This document shows, piece after piece, positions 15,018 to 20,238 of a stretch of 20,238 bases of DNA (positions are counted from its first letter, which is position 1; the number at the start of each line of letters is the position of its first letter). The DNA lies in IMG/VR virus record IMGVR_UViG_3300046524_000185, one strand, 5' to 3'. Position numbers and translations under genes: made by a program. The notes beneath the pieces were generated by a model that saw only the letters and a list, made by a program, of their open reading frames with translations, ran no database searches and had not been told where the DNA came from. Source of the stretch: an uncultured virus (IMG/VR IMGVR_UViG_3300046524_000185) (Duplodnaviria; Heunggongvirae; Uroviricota; Caudoviricetes).

Positions 15018-16135
15018 ACGCCATCACTTCCCCCACGAATTTCCTTTCCCCCGAAATATACCGTCAGACCCAGATGCGTGAGATCTGGACCTGGCAGTAC
15101 GAAGTGAACGGCGACAGCTGGCGCACGATCGCCGGTCGACAGGATGGTAAGAAGACCGTCAGCAAGTGGACGGTATGCACTCCGAAGAGCCAGCCTACGG
15201 CCGAGCTCCAGGCCCAGTTCGAGGCTGAGGCCGAGAAGACCAAGAAGCTGAAGCGCGACTACCACGAGACGATCGAAGGCACGTCCGAAGCGAAGTATTT
15301 CGCCCCGATGCTGGCCGAGAAGTACGACCGCGAGCTGGTCACGGAAGGCTACATGGTCCAGCCGAAGCTTGATGGCATCCGCTGCGTTGCCACCAAGGAT
15401 GCTCTCAAGACCCGCAAGGGTGAGCTGATCACGAGCTGCCCGCACATCCTTGAGCAGCTGCAGCCATTCTTCCGCACCAATTCAGACGCCGTCCTCGACG
15501 GCGAGCTCTATAACCATGAGTTCAAGGACAACTTTAATGAACTTGCTTCGATCATCCGTAAGAAGACTCTTTCTGGAGAGCAGTTTGCCAGGGCTGCTCG
15601 TGATATTGAGTTTCATGTTTACGATCTGGTTGACCCTCGCCAACCACGAGCCATCGCCCTTGACCGTCTCGCTGCATACACTACCAGGCTGATCAACACT
15701 GGCCTCTCGATCCAGATCGTACCGACGACTCTCGTCGACAACCACGACGAGGTTCGGGCACTGTTCCTCAAGTACGTGGCTCTCGGCTACGAAGGCGTTA
15801 TGGTCCGCCGCGGTGACGCTGTTTACGAAAACAAGCGGACGGACGCTCTGATGAAGTACAAGGAGTTCATCACCGCGGAATATAAGGTCTCGCGGATTAT
15901 CGAGGGTATCGGCAACTGGGCGGGTTACGCCAAGGCTGTTGAGTTCATCCTGCCCGATGATCGACGCACCGAGCAGGGCGAGCGGCCCAAGGCGGGCATC
16001 AAGGGCAACCAAGCGTTTTGCAAGGCACTGCTGAGCCGTGACGTCAAGACTGTGACCGTCCAGTCGTTTGAGCTGACTCCGGCCGGGATCCCGCGGTTCC
16101 CGATCGCGATCGACTTCGACCGCACCGACGCCTGA
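15014..16135 (+). CDS. ATP-dependent DNA ligase
   Basis: Motif I KLDGIR, III LDGEL, IIIa FHVYD, IV EGVMVR, V LMKYK, VI PRFP; GGAG RBS with TTG start. Confidence 0.93.
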   Translation: MNAITSPTNFLSPEIYRQTQMREIWTWQYEVNGDSWRTIAGRQDGKKTVSKWTVCTPKSQPTAELQAQFEAEAEKTKKLKRDYHETIEGTSEAKYFAPMLAEKYDRELVTEGYMVQPKLDGIRCVATKDALKTRKGELITSCPHILEQLQPFFRTNSDAVLDGELYNHEFKDNFNELASIIRKKTLSGEQFARAARDIEFHVYDLVDPRQPRAIALDRLAAYTTRLINTGLSIQIVPTTLVDNHDEVRALFLKYVALGYEGVMVRRGDAVYENKRTDALMKYKEFITAEYKVSRIIEGIGNWAGYAKAVEFILPDDRRTEQGERPKAGIKGNQAFCKALLSRDVKTVTVQSFELTPAGIPRFPIAIDFDRTDA

Positions 16136-16389
16136 TGGCTTTCGGCGCACGTCAGGAGGCAGATGGCCGTTGGGTTCTCTGCCTCCGCAAAGGCCGCACG
16201 GTCGACGGCTGGTCCGAGATCGACGGATCCCGGGTGACCTTCGAGTTCGCCTCGCAGCGCCGGTCCAAGGCGTGCGCCGATGAGCTCAACGAGGTCTTCT
16301 GGGACCGATACCGAAAATACAAGCTGGGGGATGCGCCCCCAGCTTTTGCTTTTGAAATGATCGAATGCATAAGGAAACATGCGAAATGA
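16135..16389 (+). CDS. Hypothetical protein (84 aa)
   Basis: TGATG overlap upstream and ATGA overlap with thyA. Confidence 0.7.
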   Translation: MAFGARQEADGRWVLCLRKGRTVDGWSEIDGSRVTFEFASQRRSKACADELNEVFWDRYRKYKLGDAPPAFAFEMIECIRKHAK

Positions 16390-17240
16390 ATGAAGCTGAT
16401 ACTCAGTATCTCCGGATCCTCAAGAAGCTGCTGGACCACGGTGTCTATCGCGAGGGACGCAACGGTGGAACCTATGGCCTGTTTGGGGAGCAGATGCGGT
16501 TCGATCTCTCGAAGGGCTTCCCGCTGCTGACCACGAAGGCGGTTCACTTCAAGAGCGTGATGGTCGAGCTGCTGTGGTTTATCTCGGGTGAGACGAACAT
16601 CAAATTCCTGAAAGATAACGGCGTCAGCATCTGGGACGAGTGGGCCGACGAGAACGGCGAGCTCGGGCCGGTCTACGGCAAGCAGTGGCGATCGTGGGTG
16701 GTTTCCTGCCAGGACTACCCGAGCCAATTCCATAATAATCAGGTCACCCACATGGAGACACGAACGGTTGTTGTCGACCAGTTCAAGAACGTGATCGAAG
16801 GCCTGAAGAAGGATCCCTACGGACGCCGGCACATCATCACGGCCTGGAATCCGGCCGAGATCGACAAGATGGCGCTTCCTCCGTGCCATGCCTTCATGCA
16901 GTTCCACGTCGCGAACGGCAAGCTCTCGTGCCACCTCTACCAGAGGTCCGCAGATTGGTTTTTGGGGACGCCATTCAACGTCGCTTCATACGCTCTGCTG
17001 ACCCACCTGGTCGCTCGCGAAGTTGGGCTCGAGGTTGGGGACTTTGTCCATAGCTTCGGAGATCTGCATCTCTACGAAAATCACGTAGAGCAGGCGAAGC
17101 TACAGCTGACCCGCGAACCACGCTCGCTCCCGAGCTTGAACATCTGGGGACAGAAGTCGATTTTCGATTGGAAGCCCGATGACATTTTCATCAAGGGATA
17201 CGATCCTCATCCGAAAATCTCAGCGCCAGTCTCGACGTAA
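16386..17240 (+). CDS. thyA: Thymidylate synthase
   Basis: [29 protein letters not shown] (catalytic Cys), YQRSAD, PFN, HLYENH; AAGGA supports ATG 16386. Confidence 0.96.
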   Translation: MNEADTQYLRILKKLLDHGVYREGRNGGTYGLFGEQMRFDLSKGFPLLTTKAVHFKSVMVELLWFISGETNIKFLKDNGVSIWDEWADENGELGPVYGKQWRSWVVSCQDYPSQFHNNQVTHMETRTVVVDQFKNVIEGLKKDPYGRRHIITAWNPAEIDKMALPPCHAFMQFHVANGKLSCHLYQRSADWFLGTPFNVASYALLTHLVAREVGLEVGDFVHSFGDLHLYENHVEQAKLQLTREPRSLPSLNIWGQKSIFDWKPDDIFIKGYDPHPKISAPVST

Positions 17241-17244
17241 TCTT

Positions 17245-17276
17245 AAGGCGAGAGTTCTACGAACTCTCGCCTTTTT
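17245..17276 (+). terminator. Rho-independent terminator after thyA
   Basis: AAGGCGAGAGTTC-TAC-GAACTCTCGCCTT (13 bp) then TTT. Confidence 0.75.
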
Positions 17277-17317
17277 CATCTTCAAACTCTCATCCGGTGT
17301 GGTCATGTACTCTCGTC

Positions 17318-17749
17318 ATGAAAAACACTGGAAAACCAACCGAAGGCCTTTTCGAAGGCGTCTGGCAGGGGCTTGGAAAACGAGCCTACTGCTACCGAGT
17401 AGCTGATGCGGCCGAAGTTCGTGGCCGCACCGGCAGAATAGGGCTCACTCGAGCTACACCGTCTGACTACATCGTCAGCACGGATGGCGTGACATTCTAC
17501 GCCGAGGTCAAATCAACCCAGGAGAAAACCTCCTTCCCATTCTCCCTTCTGAAGAAGGGACAGTCTGCTGCTGCCCCTCAGATCGTGAGCGCGGGCGGCG
17601 GCTATATCGTCTTCGTACATCACATCATCACCGGCACTTGGTACCGCATCCCCTGGCAAGTCATCCAGGCGGTGAAGGACATCGGCCGCTCTTCTATCCC
17701 TTGGACCGAATTGGAGAATTTTAAATGGACACACCAACCCACTTCCTAG
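17318..17749 (+). CDS. PD-(D/E)xK nuclease, probable RecU-like Holliday junction resolvase
   Basis: GKPTE, PSDY, YAEVKST motifs, followed by a Q-containing helix; start could be GTG 17297. Confidence 0.75.
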   Translation: MKNTGKPTEGLFEGVWQGLGKRAYCYRVADAAEVRGRTGRIGLTRATPSDYIVSTDGVTFYAEVKSTQEKTSFPFSLLKKGQSAAAPQIVSAGGGYIVFVHHIITGTWYRIPWQVIQAVKDIGRSSIPWTELENFKWTHQPTS

Positions 17750-18291
17750 ACATCATGGTCGACATCGAGACCACGGGGACCAACCCAGAGAACTGCAGCA
17801 TGATCCAGCTGTCAGCCGTCAAGTTCGACCTGGCTACGCAGTCGGTCCAGCCGTACACGGAGTTCTTCGATCGCTGCCTGCTGCAGCCGAAGAACCGGTA
17901 TTTCGAGGAAGACTGCCGCACCAACTTCTGGGGCAAGCGTCCGCAGATCTACAAGATGATCAGCGCTCGCGCCGAGGATCCGGCGACCGTCATGCAGGAC
18001 TTCGTGAAGTGGGTCGGGTTCGACAACCCGAAGCCGGTTCGCTTCTGGTCCAAGCCAATCACCTTCGACTGGGGCTTCATCGCCTCGTACATGCGCCAGT
18101 ACGGTCTCCAGAATCCGTTCCACTATCGCTGGGCGATGGACATGAACACGTACATCCGCGGCTTGGCCGGCGATCCGACTGTGGAGAGCCACTACACGGC
18201 GTTCCAGGGCGAGGCGCACAACGCCATCATGGACGTCCTCAACCAGATCAACCAAGTCTTCGAAGCGGTGAACAAGTATGGAAATCGTTGA
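17725..18291 (+). CDS. DEDDh 3'-5' exonuclease (Rv2179c/exonuclease-like)
   Basis: VDIETTG, TFD, HNAIMD motifs; GGAG RBS. Confidence 0.85.
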   Translation: MDTPTHFLDIMVDIETTGTNPENCSMIQLSAVKFDLATQSVQPYTEFFDRCLLQPKNRYFEEDCRTNFWGKRPQIYKMISARAEDPATVMQDFVKWVGFDNPKPVRFWSKPITFDWGFIASYMRQYGLQNPFHYRWAMDMNTYIRGLAGDPTVESHYTAFQGEAHNAIMDVLNQINQVFEAVNKYGNR

Positions 18292-19216
18292 AAATGGAAA
18301 GCGTATTGTCCTTCTTGGAGACCCTCACCTGGGGCGGGCTTTTGTTAACGGGGTGCCTCTCCACCGCCGAGGGGTGCGAGAGAAGATTGTATGGCAGGAT
18401 TTTCTGGAAGCTCTGCATTTTCCAGGTGGTGATTTTGACTATCACATTTGCCTTGGCGATCTCTTCGACAAATGGATCGTTTCCTTCGATCTCATCCTGG
18501 ATGTTGCAGCTCAGTACCGAGCTGCAGCCGCTAAGCACCCAGGCGCCCATTTCTTCGTGCTGAAGGGCAACCACGACTGGACGCGGGATCTCCAGCGCCG
18601 GTCGGCCTTCGACGTCTTCGCCGCCTTGGTGGCCGACGTTCCGAACATCACCATCGTGGCTGACGTGATCACGGTGGACGGTCTTGTCCTCTACCCCTGG
18701 CATCCCCTTTGGGATGCCAGTGACAAGTTGAAGGGCGTCGAGGGCAACATCCTCTTCGGCCACTTCGATATCGAGTTCGGTGAGCACAACATGGTGCCCA
18801 CCAAGCTTCATTTCGAACGCATCTACACCGGCCACGATCATAAGGCACGAACCCTGAAGCGGGACGCGACCGAGGTGATCGTCGTCGGTTCGATGCAGCC
18901 ATACGCTCACGGCGAGGAGGCTGACGACAGCCTCTACATCACCGTCCGCGCCGAGGACATCACCGACCCGACGATCTTCAAGGACAAGTGCCTGCGGATC
19001 ATCGGCCGATACGAGGGCGACATCGACTGCCTTCAGATCACGTACAAGCAGGACAAGACTGATGACGACAGCGGCCCAATCGAGTCCGTCACCCTGGGTG
19101 ACTTCGATATGGACAAGCTCTTTGCGGAGGCTTTCGCAGAGGCTGGCGTCTCTCAGGAGCGAACTGCTCAAGTTCTGGAACAGTATCAGGCAAAGCGGAA
19201 CACCGATGCAGCTTAA
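18278..19216 (+). CDS. Mre11/SbcD-like metallophosphoesterase nuclease subunit
   Basis: DPHLG, GDLFD, GNHD, GH, GHDH motifs; upstream of a Rad50-like ATPase. Confidence 0.88.
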   Translation: MEIVENGKRIVLLGDPHLGRAFVNGVPLHRRGVREKIVWQDFLEALHFPGGDFDYHICLGDLFDKWIVSFDLILDVAAQYRAAAAKHPGAHFFVLKGNHDWTRDLQRRSAFDVFAALVADVPNITIVADVITVDGLVLYPWHPLWDASDKLKGVEGNILFGHFDIEFGEHNMVPTKLHFERIYTGHDHKARTLKRDATEVIVVGSMQPYAHGEEADDSLYITVRAEDITDPTIFKDKCLRIIGRYEGDIDCLQITYKQDKTDDDSGPIESVTLGDFDMDKLFAEAFAEAGVSQERTAQVLEQYQAKRNTDAA

Positions 19217-19475
19217 TGATCTCGACCGAAGCTTCGAAGAGTACCTCTGGGTGCTCGACACTTGGCTCGCCGTACCTGGCCTCACCATCCCCGAGTCGAC
19301 GCTGATCAGCACGTTTCGCAAAGGGTTGTTGAAGAGCAGCAACGACTTCGATCAGCTTCGCCGGATTGCCCTGCAGCCAGCCTTTTTACCAGTGCTCAAG
19401 ACGGCGATCGCCAAGGCCATTGCCGCTGGAGTGCTCATCAATTGGAGTGACTACCCACATGCTGAAGCAGCTTGA
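19206..19475 (+). CDS. Hypothetical protein (89 aa)
   Basis: ATG 19206 overlaps the nuclease stop; its stop overlaps the ATPase start. Confidence 0.6.
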   Translation: MQLNDLDRSFEEYLWVLDTWLAVPGLTIPESTLISTFRKGLLKSSNDFDQLRRIALQPAFLPVLKTAIAKAIAAGVLINWSDYPHAEAA

Positions 19476-20238
19476 ATATTCGGTGACGTTCCCGTCTACC
19501 GGCCGCACCCTTAGCGAAGCCGTCCTGTTCCAGGGCGGCTTTGGTGCTATTGTAGGTCCGAACGAAAGTGGCAAGTCCATGATCGTCGAGATGGTCCGCT
19601 ACTGCCTCTTCGGTTCCGACGCCCTCCGGGGCAAGGCCGACGATTACAAGAACCTCAAGGCGCGGCTCGACTTCCGTCTCAAGGGCAACGACTACGTCAT
19701 CCAGCGGACGCAGAACAAAGCCATGCTCGAGGAGAACGGCGAGATCATCTGCACTGGTACTCGACCGGTCAACATCAAGATCCCGCAGCTCATGGGTTTC
19801 GGCTTGAAGGTGTTCGACATGGCCTGCGTGGCCAACCAGCACGCTCTACTCGAGCTGGGCGACATGGGGCCAACTGAGCGCCGCCGTGCCGTCGACAGCG
19901 TGATCGGCGTGTCCGTCCTGGACGATCTTTCGAAGTCCGCTGGCAACGAGGCTCTGTCTCTGAAGCGTGCGGCCGACGACCTGGCCAGCAATGCCCGCGA
20001 GCCGACTGCGCCAGTGGCGCCCGAAGGTTATGACCACTCGTCCTTTCTTCTGCAGGAGAAGGAGCATCTCGACGAGCTCCGCTCTCAGGCCGACCAGCTC
20101 CACGGCTGGCTGGCGATCGAGAAGAAGGCGCCGGTCAAGCCAACCGATCCTCATGGTGTGGGATCTGCGATCGTGCAGGAGCTCCTCGACGAGCAGACCG
20201 CTCGCAAGGTCCAGCGCCAGGTTCTCGAGGGCGAGCTC
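19459..20238 (+). CDS. Rad50/SbcC-like SMC ATPase, N-terminal part (runs off the window; absent from the ORF track)
   Basis: GGAG RBS, ATG 19459; Walker A GPNESGKS, YCLFG, Q-loop ANQ, then coiled coil; open to the window end. Confidence 0.88.
   Translation, partial: MLKQLEYSVTFPSTGRTLSEAVLFQGGFGAIVGPNESGKSMIVEMVRYCLFGSDALRGKADDYKNLKARLDFRLKGNDYVIQRTQNKAMLEENGEIICTGTRPVNIKIPQLMGFGLKVFDMACVANQHALLELGDMGPTERRRAVDSVIGVSVLDDLSKSAGNEALSLKRAADDLASNAREPTAPVAPEGYDHSSFLLQEKEHLDELRSQADQLHGWLAIEKKAPVKPTDPHGVGSAIVQELLDEQTARKVQRQVLEGEL

Larger units (their letters stand above)
1..20238 (+). mobile_element. Segment of a tailed dsDNA phage or prophage (early/accessory genes, regulatory block, DNA replication module)
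   Basis: Dense co-oriented small hypothetical genes with ATGA/TGATG/GTGA overlaps, followed by helicase-SSB-exonuclease-PolA-ligase-ThyA-resolvase-Mre11/Rad50. No integrase, att site or structural gene is in the window, so free phage and prophage cannot be distinguished. Confidence 0.9.

Noticed and set aside
16386..17240. Possibility that the thymidylate synthase homologue is a dCMP hydroxymethylase or other base-modifying enzyme
   Set aside because: It is close to canonical ThyA throughout and keeps the dUMP-specifying Asn in PFN.
10145..17273. GTTC/GAAC words as LexA boxes
   Set aside because: The arrangement GTTC-N3-GAAC fits neither the alphaproteobacterial GTTC-N7-GTTC nor the Gram-positive GAAC-N4-GTTC box.
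10..20154. Many long minus-strand ORFs (e.g. 10..672, 1062..1955, 12067..12960, 13201..14088, 18248..19342)
   Set aside because: Antisense shadows of well-supported + strand genes in GC-rich, codon-biased DNA; no motifs recognised.

Overview
The window is a segment of a tailed dsDNA phage or prophage. An alphaproteobacterial (rhizobial-type) host is only an inference from GC content and promoter style. Almost all genes are on the + strand and tightly overlapped. 1-5230: small accessory/early genes, including an RtcB-family RNA ligase, a Cys-rich small protein and a lipoprotein. 5249-8720: a more AT-rich regulatory block with a Gp88-like Cys-cluster protein, a 380-nt non-coding leader, a MarR-like regulator, a double-HTH/XRE regulator, a structured intergenic segment and the only credible minus-strand gene. 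8722-20238: a replication/recombination module with an SNF2-like SF2 helicase, putative SSB, 5'-3' exonuclease, family A DNA polymerase, ATP-dependent DNA ligase, ThyA, RecU-like resolvase, DEDDh exonuclease, Mre11/SbcD-like nuclease and a Rad50/SbcC-like ATPase cut by the window edge. The most interesting unexplained signal is non-coding. The hairpin-rich segment 8001-8115 carries several boxes complementary, with G.U-type mismatches, to repeated boxes in the MarR leader 1.6 kb upstream. This suggests a same-strand antisense RNA switch analogous to P1 C4 or P4 CI RNA. Other signals: terminators directly abutting the next gene's RBS, a motif set shared by two replication-module intergenics, and six proteins ending in Ala-Ala (possible ClpXP degrons). 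All family assignments come from motif recognition by eye; no database searches were run.
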